Source of the DNA: Candidatus Cloacimonadales bacterium
Lineage (GTDB): Bacteria > Cloacimonadota > Cloacimonadia > Cloacimonadales > JAIOQZ01
DNA length: 64,000 nucleotides
NCBI GenBank assembly: GCA_963665815.1
Contig: OY762463.1
Location: 1,856,001 to 1,920,000 of the forward strand
Direction of reading: 5' to 3'
The notes below the pieces were generated by a model. The model searched no databases. It was not told where the DNA came from and worked only from the letters and a program-made list of their open reading frames with translations. The position numbers were made by a program, and so were the translations under genes. This document shows, in pieces, positions 48,532 to 57,955 of the stretch. Each line of letters begins with the position of its first letter. The first letter of the stretch is position 1.

Positions 48532-51500
48532 CTACTTGATTATTACAAATTTGTCGACTTGAATTTCTTTAGTCTTCAAATCTCTTATTGAATAAAGATA
48601 AACACCGGCTGTGATAACCTGATCGTTTTTGGAAAGCATGTCCCAAGGGTGCATACCTGATCCGGCTAAAGCTTCGTTTCCATCTTTACTTACGTTAATT
48701 ATATCGTAGAATGTCTCACCATGATGCTCGAATTCATCAACTAAGTCTCCGGCAAGAGTGTAAACTCTGATTTCGCAATCTTCCGGTAAGTTCATAAACC
48801 ATATTCTCTTACTCTTATCACCCTTTGTATCATTCTCAATTCTTCCGTCAAAAGAAGATTGACCAATATAAGGATTTGGTACGACAAAAATATCGTCCAT
48901 GTTCTTTGAACTTGTTGCTCCCGGGAAATAAGCCATTTTGTTAGCATCTTTTCCACTTTCAAGATATTGAAGATTGTTTGCCGGCATACCGCGGTCGAAT
49001 GCTGTCACAGAAATATAATATTCCACGCCAACAGGTAAATAATCAATTTCAGCCTTGTAGTATCTTGATGCAAGTCTTAAATCTGAATTATCATTGAAAT
49101 ATTGAGCATCCAGAAGGTCGTTTTCACCAAGGTGTTCTTCAATAGGTATTAACTTGTCATCATATAATGCAAGATAAATTTCTGCTGAAACATCAGGATT
49201 CTTCATGATAAGAGCTTCAAGTATAAAAGCTTGATCGTGGTAATCCGGATTATATTTCTTATTGACTGCCGGATTCTTTAAATCTGCAAGATATTCATTG
49301 ATCTTATCGATGTCATTCATTTCCGGATCATAAAGAGGATAACCATATATTTTATCACCAATCTCATAATTTACTAATTCATAGTTTTCATTATAATGTT
49401 TATAAACCATATCATTTTCATCAGCGAATCTGGCGTTAGGTAAGCCTTTGTCTACACCAAGATCTCCACCGAAATCTGTGAAGTTAGCAGCAGGATTGTT
49501 TTTAACGATATCATAATCTATCATATCCTGATATGTATCAACTTTATCCCATCTTCCTGACATTTCCCAGAATTCAGATTCTCCTCTTCCCTTTTTACTC
49601 CAGAGAGAATATCCCTGGAAGTCATGTCTAAGTCTGTTACCTGTTACCGGATCAATAATAGCATTTTCATTTAACTGCTTTGCAGGAATTCCGGTAAGAT
49701 CAGGCAAATAACTTGGAAGTGCAGAGTTCTGATCCTGATATCCCATCTGTTCATCACTTACAGTCATATAATCTACAGTGAACTCGGATCTGTTATCCCA
49801 GTATACATTAAGTCTTTTTCCATCTCTCGATAAAACTGATGTCATTTTAGGGAATTGAGGTGGTTCAGGTGGATTATAATGAGGGAAAGTGTCTGGTTTA
49901 ACAACATTTGTTAAAGATTGAGCTTCACCGTAAATCTGTTTAGCCCAAGCTGATGTTTGTTTAAGTTCTTCAACTGTTTCTCCAGGGAACACAGCGATAA
50001 CAATCTTCATTGTTTTACCGGGTTCAAGATTCCATGACTCCTCTGTTGGATTATCTGATAAACCCTGCATATCACCATAGAATGCAAAAAGATATCTTGT
50101 ATCGTCAGGAGAATCTACTTGCTTTTCAGGAAAATCCCTTAGAGAAGTAAACTTATCTGTGTTAGGGTTTCTATCTGTAAGAAGCCAGTACTTTTCATTA
50201 TTTGTTCTTTGACCTGTCAGTAAATCTTCCTGAGTAGGTTTTGTGTCATTAGGACCATCACCTCTATTCCAGAACCAGCAGGCAAACTCAAGATTATCAG
50301 GGTCAGGAGTACAAACTCTTGATCCAATCATACCGGTTGTAAGACCACCGTCTTTATCTTTGTCGTATGTGTAGGCAAATTCAAACCCTTTACCTCTTAC
50401 ATAACTACTGACATCATCCTTTGATCTTTCATCACCCTGCCAGGACTGAGGTCCAACGTCAGAGTCCATATAAATACCCATAGCACAATCATAGAGAGTC
50501 TCTTCACTATCTAAGTTCATGTTTGTTATATCGAACTCAACATATACAAGGTTTTTGATATAATCATAACTCCATTGATAACTCATCTGTCTTACCTGAA
50601 TATTCAGGGATTTGTGATCTGAAGATACAGCTTGTTGACCAAGATCTCTTTCAGGTCCTGTAGCAAGAATAGGAGAATAATCATAATAGTAACCAATCAA
50701 ATCCTGTTCAGATATTGGAAAACCATCTTCATCAATGATTCCGTCACCATCATCATCAACTAACTCAGTCATTGAGCCTGTTTCCCCGCTGCTTACAAGA
50801 CTATCAGCTATTGATAAATCCTGGAATCCAAGAGGGAACCAGATATTGATATTATCTTCGATTATATCATTTGGATTATTTGCTCCGTAGAAAAATCCTG
50901 GATAATCTTTACCAAAGCTGTCAAATACTTCAGGAAGTTCATTTCCATTTCTAAACGGAACTGCAGTACCTACGGGGTCTTCATCAATTTTACCATCATT
51001 ATCATCATCAACTCCACGTCTGTGTTCACGAATTGTAGCTTCAATGACTTCATCGGTATTGGTATATATATCATATATATTGTTATGCTGTGAGTTAAGC
51101 ATTGGTTTATCAATTCTATTAAACAACGGAAGTAATTCATAAATACTTGCATCACCATCAAATCCAACTGACACGAGTGTATCGATGACAGGATTATTGA
51201 TATAAACAGGATCCCAGCCATCATCACCTTCAGCCATTGTTCTGCGAGTACTATCTACTTTCACAGAATCATCATATTCATACTCATAATAATAGTATAG
51301 TCTCTGGTTTAGACTGTTCAGTCTGTATTTTTTTGCTCCGAACCATAATGCTCCTTGAAAAAGGTAATCTATGGAACTTCCTTTAGGGTACTCCAGAGAA
51401 GGCCAATCCCCATTGGAGCCTGATCCAAAGAATCCATAATTAGAAACTCTCAAGCTTATGTTACCTTTATCGTGATACTTATCAATATCCAATTGCTTTT

Positions 51501-51594
51501 TTGCTCTATGCTGGTCAACCATCTCAGCAGAAGCAAAGCATGTCAGACTGATTAATATCAGAAACATAAACCATTTTGAATTTAATTTGCTCAT
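48532..51594 (-). CDS. Large secreted protein (1020 aa) with FN3-like segment and divergent VPNPY-type CTD
   Basis: Signal peptide; SNYGFFG..EYPKGS..YLFQGALWFG, QMSYQW, DSDVG, YYISVTAFD and VVPNPY..NLP..VYTLAGDLV..GVYLY..KFVIIK. Confidence 0.75.
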   Translation of the reverse strand: MSKLNSKWFMFLILISLTCFASAEMVDQHRAKKQLDIDKYHDKGNISLRVSNYGFFGSGSNGDWPSLEYPKGSSIDYLFQGALWFGAKKYRLNSLNQRLYYYYEYEYDDSVKVDSTRRTMAEGDDGWDPVYINNPVIDTLVSVGFDGDASIYELLPLFNRIDKPMLNSQHNNIYDIYTNTDEVIEATIREHRRGVDDDNDGKIDEDPVGTAVPFRNGNELPEVFDSFGKDYPGFFYGANNPNDIIEDNINIWFPLGFQDLSIADSLVSSGETGSMTELVDDDGDGIIDEDGFPISEQDLIGYYYDYSPILATGPERDLGQQAVSSDHKSLNIQVRQMSYQWSYDYIKNLVYVEFDITNMNLDSEETLYDCAMGIYMDSDVGPQSWQGDERSKDDVSSYVRGKGFEFAYTYDKDKDGGLTTGMIGSRVCTPDPDNLEFACWFWNRGDGPNDTKPTQEDLLTGQRTNNEKYWLLTDRNPNTDKFTSLRDFPEKQVDSPDDTRYLFAFYGDMQGLSDNPTEESWNLEPGKTMKIVIAVFPGETVEELKQTSAWAKQIYGEAQSLTNVVKPDTFPHYNPPEPPQFPKMTSVLSRDGKRLNVYWDNRSEFTVDYMTVSDEQMGYQDQNSALPSYLPDLTGIPAKQLNENAIIDPVTGNRLRHDFQGYSLWSKKGRGESEFWEMSGRWDKVDTYQDMIDYDIVKNNPAANFTDFGGDLGVDKGLPNARFADENDMVYKHYNENYELVNYEIGDKIYGYPLYDPEMNDIDKINEYLADLKNPAVNKKYNPDYHDQAFILEALIMKNPDVSAEIYLALYDDKLIPIEEHLGENDLLDAQYFNDNSDLRLASRYYKAEIDYLPVGVEYYISVTAFDRGMPANNLQYLESGKDANKMAYFPGATSSKNMDDIFVVPNPYIGQSSFDGRIENDTKGDKSKRIWFMNLPEDCEIRVYTLAGDLVDEFEHHGETFYDIINVSKDGNEALAGSGMHPWDMLSKNDQVITAGVYLYSIRDLKTKEIQVDKFVIIK

Positions 51595-51621
51595 TAAATT
51601 CCTCCAATTTATTATACTTTT

Positions 51622-52263
51622 TTATTCTAATGTGAAATTCAAGGCAAACTCAAGCCATACAGCTACTGGTTCTCCCTGAAATTTTGCAGGTGTGTATTCA
51701 AATTTTTTCACTGCATTGACAGCTGCTTCATCAAGTCCTCCGGGACCTGGCATCAGCGATCTGACTACAACTACTTCACCTACAGTTCCATCTTCGTAAA
51801 TCTCAACTCTGAGACCAACGTTACCTTCTATCTCAAGTTCCTTAGCAGTTTCCGGGTATTCAGGTTTTACCTGTTTAATTAACACAGGTGGATCCTCAAA
51901 CATTTGGAATATTGGAGTTTTTCCACGAGTTTTAGGTGGAGCTTTTTTCTCTTCAAATTGGCTGATAGCAGTATTCTCAATTGTTTCAATGATTGATAAT
52001 TCATCTTCTTCAGATTCTTCACCAATATCATCAATAACAATTTCAAGATCCTGAACTTTTTGTTCTTCCGGAGGCTTAATTTCATCCGGTATGTCTTGAA
52101 TAACGTCTTGAACAATTACATTATCAGCAACTTGAATGTCTCTTGCTTTCACCTTAATCTCAGGTGTTACCAGAAATGCAAACAGAGCTAGTAAAACTGT
52201 CAGGCTAAGACACTTTTCATAGTAAGTACTCGCTACATCTTTCCAGTCATGATACTTTTTCAT
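51622..52263 (-). CDS. tonB: Energy transducer TonB
   Basis: N-terminal TM helix, acidic linker and TonB_C domain PEYPETAK..IEGNV..LDEAAVNAV..PAKFQGEPV. Confidence 0.88.
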   Translation of the reverse strand: MKKYHDWKDVASTYYEKCLSLTVLLALFAFLVTPEIKVKARDIQVADNVIVQDVIQDIPDEIKPPEEQKVQDLEIVIDDIGEESEEDELSIIETIENTAISQFEEKKAPPKTRGKTPIFQMFEDPPVLIKQVKPEYPETAKELEIEGNVGLRVEIYEDGTVGEVVVVRSLMPGPGGLDEAAVNAVKKFEYTPAKFQGEPVAVWLEFALNFTLE

Positions 52264-52271
52264 AATTCCTC

Positions 52272-52682
52272 CTAAAGCTTCTTGGCCTCAAACGTAACTG
52301 TAAGAGCTTCTGCTTCTCTCAGCTTGTTCATAATATCAGCCATAACGCCATATTCAGCTTTCGTATCAGTTCTGAATGCAACAATCATATTAAAATTCTG
52401 TGCAAGTTTCCTCTGCATAGTCGGACTAATCATAGGAATTGTAAGAATTCTGTCATCAACTGAGATTTTTCCACTTCTGTTTACATATACCGTAACCGCA
52501 TTCTTTCTTGGAATCTTTTTAATAATTTCTTCATGAGCCTTTGGCATAGTGATCCGCAGACCTCTTTCTTTTACAAAGACTGTTGAGACCATAAAAAATA
52601 TTAATAAAAGAAATGCTATATCCGACATTGACGCAGTGGGAATCAGTGTTTCAGGTTTTGACTGTTTTTTAATATTTGCCAT
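52272..52682 (-). CDS. exbD: ExbD/TolR family protein
   Basis: PTASMSDIAFLLLIFFMV with the conserved TM Asp. Confidence 0.9.
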   Translation of the reverse strand: MANIKKQSKPETLIPTASMSDIAFLLLIFFMVSTVFVKERGLRITMPKAHEEIIKKIPRKNAVTVYVNRSGKISVDDRILTIPMISPTMQRKLAQNFNMIVAFRTDTKAEYGVMADIMNKLREAEALTVTFEAKKL

Positions 52683-52691
52683 TTCCCACTC

Positions 52692-53114
52692 CTAATTTGT
52701 ACCTAAGGATATTTTCTGAGCACCTGCCATACGAAGCCTGTCAAGTACATCAACCATATTCTTATAGTTACTTTTTCTATGAGTTTTTAATGAGATAACC
52801 ATATCAGGATTATCGGATACAATTTTATTTACCATACCTTTAATCTCTGACAATGCAACTTCTTGCGGCTCATTCTTTCCAACTTTAATTTGAATCTTCC
52901 CGTCCTGACCAACCTGGATCTTCGTAACATTTTCTGCCTGAAGTTTGACCTGGTTTTCTGTTGTATCTGATTTAACAGGAAGAGTTAAGCCTATACCTTT
53001 TTTAATATCAAATTTTGTTGTTGTAAGAAAGAAAACAAGAAGAAGAAAAGCAACATCTGAAAGAGATGCTGTGGGGATGCCCCCTAAATTTCTTTTTTTC
53101 TTTCTAATGAACAT
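52692..53114 (-). CDS. exbD: ExbD/TolR family protein
   Basis: PTASLSDVAFLLLVFFL with the conserved TM Asp. Confidence 0.9.
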   Translation of the reverse strand: MFIRKKKRNLGGIPTASLSDVAFLLLVFFLTTTKFDIKKGIGLTLPVKSDTTENQVKLQAENVTKIQVGQDGKIQIKVGKNEPQEVALSEIKGMVNKIVSDNPDMVISLKTHRKSNYKNMVDVLDRLRMAGAQKISLGTN

Positions 53115-53948
53115 CTATTCCCCCTGATTTTCTACCAGAGTTTCAATAAGTCTTTCTGAACCTTTTTGCATGTCAATAACCATTCCGTCTACCATTGACA
53201 TGAACATGTTGTTAAAGAATTGAACAGGAATAGCAACAGCAAGACCGGCTGCTGTTGTGATAAGAGCTATTTTAATACCGGAAGCAACAATTGTAGGGTC
53301 CACTTCACCGGCAGCAGCGATATCATCAAATGCTGTGATCATACCAATAATTGTACCAAAGAAACCAAACATAGGCGCAAGGTTAATAGTTGTGTTAAGT
53401 GGAACAAATCCTTTTTCAAGGAAAGCCATTTCAAGAACACTTGCAGCTTCGATTGCTTTTTCAACTGCTTCAACGCCTTTGTCAACTTTAAGTAAAGCCA
53501 TTCTTACGATTACTGAAACAGGTCCTCTTGTTTCTTCACAAAGAGTAATTGCTTCGTCGTATCTTTTATCTTTTACTAAAGGTAAAAGCTTATCAAGAAA
53601 ATCTTCTACTTTAATTTTAGCATATTGTAATGATACAAGTTTCCAGATGATTGTTGCAATCGCCCATAAAAGCAGAATAAGGATTGGCCACATTGTGAAT
53701 CCACCCTGGATAAATATATTAACCGCAGTGCTTCCGAATATAGCTTTTGCAAGTTTTTCCATTCCACCAACTTCTGGTGACTCTTCCATTTTATCGTCTG
53801 AAACGGCTGCTTCTGTCTCCTGAACAGCCTCATTTCCAACTGCTGTGCCTTCTTCCATTACTTCAGTTTCCTGGGCAAACAAATTGCCTGCGAAAACTAA
53901 CTGAAATGCGAACAGTACTATCAGTAACATGATACTACTTTTTCTCAT
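53115..53948 (-). CDS. exbB: ExbB/MotA/TolQ proton channel
   Basis: GGFTMWPI, APMFGFFGTIIGMI and GIKIALITTAAGLAVAIP motifs; N-terminal signal peptide and acidic extension. Confidence 0.92.
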   Translation of the reverse strand: MRKSSIMLLIVLFAFQLVFAGNLFAQETEVMEEGTAVGNEAVQETEAAVSDDKMEESPEVGGMEKLAKAIFGSTAVNIFIQGGFTMWPILILLLWAIATIIWKLVSLQYAKIKVEDFLDKLLPLVKDKRYDEAITLCEETRGPVSVIVRMALLKVDKGVEAVEKAIEAASVLEMAFLEKGFVPLNTTINLAPMFGFFGTIIGMITAFDDIAAAGEVDPTIVASGIKIALITTAAGLAVAIPVQFFNNMFMSMVDGMVIDMQKGSERLIETLVENQGE

Positions 53949-53985
53949 TCTTGTATCCTCCTTAATATCAATTATTATTTTAAAA

Positions 53986-56900
53986 TTAGAATTTATATGA
54001 AAGTTCTAAACGGAATGTTCTTCCGTCTGTTCTATTATTTGGATTTGCTGATGAAAGATAATGTACATACTTCATATCCTCAGAAACAAAATCAGATACT
54101 CCTGTAGATAAGTCAGCACCATCTTCGTATGGATCACCTGTTTTTGAGTAAACATTGACTACATTTCTTTTATCAAACAAATTATTTATTGTAAATGTAA
54201 CAGCAAACTGTTGTTTTTCTTTGAATTCTATATTTTTTCTGAAGAAGAGGGATGCTTCATCAACATAATCCTGCTCTTTACTATATTTCTCAAGAGCTCT
54301 GTCATCTTCATTAACTGGAGTGTAAGGTCTTCCAGAGCTAAAAGTGTAATTAAATCCTGTATTAAATCCACCTTTCCAGCCAAAAGGAACGTTGAAATCT
54401 GTTCCGGGAATGTAAATCTCATCATCTTTAGCAATGATATAATTCATTCTGAATTTAGCACTGTGTCTGATATCCCATGGAAGCCTGAATTCTCTGAGGC
54501 TTGTACGAGTAATTTCAGGAGTAGCACTGTCATTATTACCTTTAGACCATGAAAGTGAGTATGAGAGCCCCATACTAACATGATTTTCACCATTAATTTT
54601 ATTAAGTTCAATTTCAAGTCCTCTTGAACTACCGTAATCTTCAGATACATATTGGAAATATTTAATATCAGTATCAGTATCAAGAGTATCAAACTTTGTA
54701 CTCACATAGTTATAAATGTTTTTATAATATGCTTGAATTGATATATCATAATCTTTAAAATCATCTGCAAACTGGTGTTGGTAACCAACTTCATATGTCA
54801 CAGTAATCTGTGGTTCAAGTTCTGAGTTACCAATCGGGTCATTACCTACATCATCAACTGCAGGATCTTTTGTTGTAAAAATGTGTTTCATATTAGGTAA
54901 CTGATTCTGATAGTTATAAAGGAATGATACATTATCTCTCTCAGAAATCGGATACAAAATACCAAATCTTGGAGAAATAAGTAATTGAGATGTGTCTCCA
55001 TCAAATTCCATTTTTCTGAACCCACCATCAATTTCCTGAATTTCGTAACTGTCATGTAAATACCACCAGTCAAATCTTAATCCGGCATTAACTTTCATAC
55101 CTTCAAAAGTGAACTGATCCTGAATGTAATAAGCCGCCTGCCATGGAGATGCTTTATAACCTTCTCTTTGACCGGCAGATCGCATTATCATATATCTGTA
55201 AAATTCCGGTTTGTAATAATAAATCCTTGTATCATCACCATTATCACCATGCATTACTAATACTGAGTCGCAAATATCATTTTCAGGATAATATTCCCAA
55301 TCAAGATTATCATCAATTGCTATTGTTCCTGTTGGATTTAAATCTAACTTATCAAATGCAATATAAGCGTTGTTGTTAACTTTACCTTCATCATAGTATG
55401 TCAGATTGTTAGCATCATCTCTTTCAATGAAATGTCTCTGGATCTCCAGACCGGTTTTTATCTGATGACCTAAATCCAATGGGTTATACTGAAAATCAGA
55501 TCTGAATTGAATGTTCTCAGTTGTATTGTCCTTAACTGAAGCAAAATATGATCCCGGAGGTGAGTACCCCTGAATCGCTTTATCAACATCATCTGCCTTT
55601 TCATTCCATTTCCATTGGTTAGCTTTTAAATAACCGAGACTGTCAAGAACACCGTCTGAATCTCTATCAATACTATAAACACCATAATATTCCAGAATTG
55701 GATTATAATTAGCATAGTCAAGTTTCCAGAAGTCACCTTCACTTAATTGACGAGGAGATTCCTTTGTGTTCTTCTTATAATAAGAAGCTTTCACCTTGAG
55801 AATGTTACCACTGAAGGTATAGTCATAATTACCTACAACCTGCATCAGAGAGTTCTCAGTAACTGCAAAGTTTTCAAGTGCATATTTCATTGATTGATTA
55901 TAAGGATAATTCTTGGAATTCTCTCCCCTGACAGCAATTGTCATTTTCTGAGAAGGAGTGAATGCATACTTGAATTTTGAGTTGTAATTATATGAATTAT
56001 AATTTCTTTCATCAATATCAATACCAAGAAAACTGTCTCTGTCTTCATAAGGTCTATTGTCAACATTATAAATCTCATTAGCTAATAAATGTCTACCCCC
56101 AAAAGTATAATCTTCATAAGGATTATTCTCTCTCCACTGACCGTCTCTACCATCTGATCTGGCAAGAGCGGCATTAATAAAGAATGTGAACTTTTTGGCT
56201 AAAACATCATTAAATGGAAGTATAGGTCCTCCAAGCGTGAACGCAACTCTATCATAATTGTATCCATCTACCAGAAAGTGATCTGTAGAATACTTGATAG
56301 TTCCTTCGTATTCTTCTGTACCGCTTTTTGTAATAATATTCATTACACTTGACTGTGAGTTACCATACTCTGCAGGGAAACTGAACATTTGAGAAGTAGT
56401 GTGAACAGCGTCCATATCAACTGAAAGTGCAGCACCACCATCAACAGGGTCACTAACCTGCATACCGTCAATCATAATTGTTGTTTCATTAGCTCTTCCG
56501 CCACGAGCATGAGATACTCCGCCAACTGTCACTGTTCCGGGAGACTGTGCAATAAGATCATTAATACTTTCAATATTCTTTTCTTCAAGATCTCTGGAAG
56601 TATTCTGACGTTTACTTGTACCCGCAGTCGCATTCAGTCTTTTTACTTTCTGTCCCGTTACTACTATAGGACCAGTCTTTATAGCATGAACACCAAGTTT
56701 AACATTCAGAGTTCTGGTTACATCAAGCTGAATCTCAATATCTTCATAAACTGTTTCCTGATAGCCCATTCTCTTGAATTTAACAACATACTTACCGGGG
56801 TACAAACCGACTATCTGATATGCTCCCTTTTCTGATGTCATTCCATTACCTTGCAAATCATCGCCAAGATAAACAAGAACGATCGCTCCCTGCAATGGTT

Positions 56901-57009
56901 CGCCTTGTTCGTTCTTCACCTTCCCGACTAAATTACCCGTCTCTCCGGCATGTAGAGCTATACTTGCTCCAAAGCATATTAACAGAAGCAGCAATTTTAC
57001 TTTCCGCAT
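53986..57009 (-). CDS. TonB-dependent receptor with N-terminal carboxypeptidase-regulatory-like domain
   Basis: Signal peptide; TGNLVGKV..PGKYVV..GYQ; plug HARGGRANE..IDG..PAEYGN..NIITKSG; barrel NAGLRFD, SPRFG, GNSELEP, INNLFD; C-terminal Phe. Confidence 0.9.
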   Translation of the reverse strand: MRKVKLLLLLICFGASIALHAGETGNLVGKVKNEQGEPLQGAIVLVYLGDDLQGNGMTSEKGAYQIVGLYPGKYVVKFKRMGYQETVYEDIEIQLDVTRTLNVKLGVHAIKTGPIVVTGQKVKRLNATAGTSKRQNTSRDLEEKNIESINDLIAQSPGTVTVGGVSHARGGRANETTIMIDGMQVSDPVDGGAALSVDMDAVHTTSQMFSFPAEYGNSQSSVMNIITKSGTEEYEGTIKYSTDHFLVDGYNYDRVAFTLGGPILPFNDVLAKKFTFFINAALARSDGRDGQWRENNPYEDYTFGGRHLLANEIYNVDNRPYEDRDSFLGIDIDERNYNSYNYNSKFKYAFTPSQKMTIAVRGENSKNYPYNQSMKYALENFAVTENSLMQVVGNYDYTFSGNILKVKASYYKKNTKESPRQLSEGDFWKLDYANYNPILEYYGVYSIDRDSDGVLDSLGYLKANQWKWNEKADDVDKAIQGYSPPGSYFASVKDNTTENIQFRSDFQYNPLDLGHQIKTGLEIQRHFIERDDANNLTYYDEGKVNNNAYIAFDKLDLNPTGTIAIDDNLDWEYYPENDICDSVLVMHGDNGDDTRIYYYKPEFYRYMIMRSAGQREGYKASPWQAAYYIQDQFTFEGMKVNAGLRFDWWYLHDSYEIQEIDGGFRKMEFDGDTSQLLISPRFGILYPISERDNVSFLYNYQNQLPNMKHIFTTKDPAVDDVGNDPIGNSELEPQITVTYEVGYQHQFADDFKDYDISIQAYYKNIYNYVSTKFDTLDTDTDIKYFQYVSEDYGSSRGLEIELNKINGENHVSMGLSYSLSWSKGNNDSATPEITRTSLREFRLPWDIRHSAKFRMNYIIAKDDEIYIPGTDFNVPFGWKGGFNTGFNYTFSSGRPYTPVNEDDRALEKYSKEQDYVDEASLFFRKNIEFKEKQQFAVTFTINNLFDKRNVVNVYSKTGDPYEDGADLSTGVSDFVSEDMKYVHYLSSANPNNRTDGRTFRLELSYKF

Positions 57010-57124
57010 TAATAGGCCTCCCTTTATCTATTTAAAAATATTTTTTTTCATCTGACAAAAACATTCCGAGAATTGTTAGATGTCAATTAATTTTTGTAAT
57101 AATAACTATCAATAATCGTTCCAT

Positions 57125-57955
57125 TTAAAACGATCTGTTTAAATTCCAAGATTCTGAAGCGTATTTTTCTTCCAACAGTTTATTTGTAAAAGCTTGTTCT
57201 GAATCTGTCAAAAGGCTTGAATAAACAAAATTGTCAGTTTCCCAGTTTTTTTCAAATCCTCTGGCAAGAATTTCTGAGACTTCAGTAAATGTATATTGTT
57301 TTATTGTAGTATGTGCGTTAATAAATGTCGTTTTTTTTGTTAACAGTCGGGACAAACGTAAACGTTGTTTACTATCAAGTTTTTTCATTATGAATGCAAC
57401 TTCAGACTGATCATAATCTAACTGAATAGATCCATGCTGTAAAAGATATCCGTCCCTGCGAAGCTGTGCTGAACCGACAATCTTCCTGTTGTCAACCTTG
57501 AGTTCATACCTCGAACTTGATGTAAAACACGGATTACCTGCCATTCTCTGTTCACCGGAACTTAGGAATCCTTTTTCAAACTCCACCGGAACACCAAGGT
57601 CTGACAATCCAACTGCAAGGGCTTGACTTATTTTAGCATATGATTCCGTAACACCTGATCCGCCAAAAACCGATACCGGAGCAGTAATACAGTAAGTTAC
57701 CTCCATTTTATGAAGAACAACTCTACCGCCTGTAGGTCTGCGTACAAAATCCCAGCCATTCTCTTTAAGAGTCAGAAAATCTATCTCTTCTTCTGCATTC
57801 TGATGATAACCGCATGAAATTGTCGGATTATTCCAGTCATAAAATCGAATTGTCGGAATAGAATCTCCGCTTTTTAAACCTTGCATTAAAGCTTCATCGA
57901 CAGCCATATTCTCGGCTGCCGATCTTTTATTATCCAGAATTATTCGCCATTGCAT
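57125..57955 (-). CDS. Lipoate-protein ligase A family / octanoyltransferase LipM-like
   Basis: NMAVDEAL, VRRPTGGRVVLH, CF, KIVGSAQ and LQHGS motifs. Confidence 0.9.
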   Translation of the reverse strand: MQWRIILDNKRSAAENMAVDEALMQGLKSGDSIPTIRFYDWNNPTISCGYHQNAEEEIDFLTLKENGWDFVRRPTGGRVVLHKMEVTYCITAPVSVFGGSGVTESYAKISQALAVGLSDLGVPVEFEKGFLSSGEQRMAGNPCFTSSSRYELKVDNRKIVGSAQLRRDGYLLQHGSIQLDYDQSEVAFIMKKLDSKQRLRLSRLLTKKTTFINAHTTIKQYTFTEVSEILARGFEKNWETDNFVYSSLLTDSEQAFTNKLLEEKYASESWNLNRSF

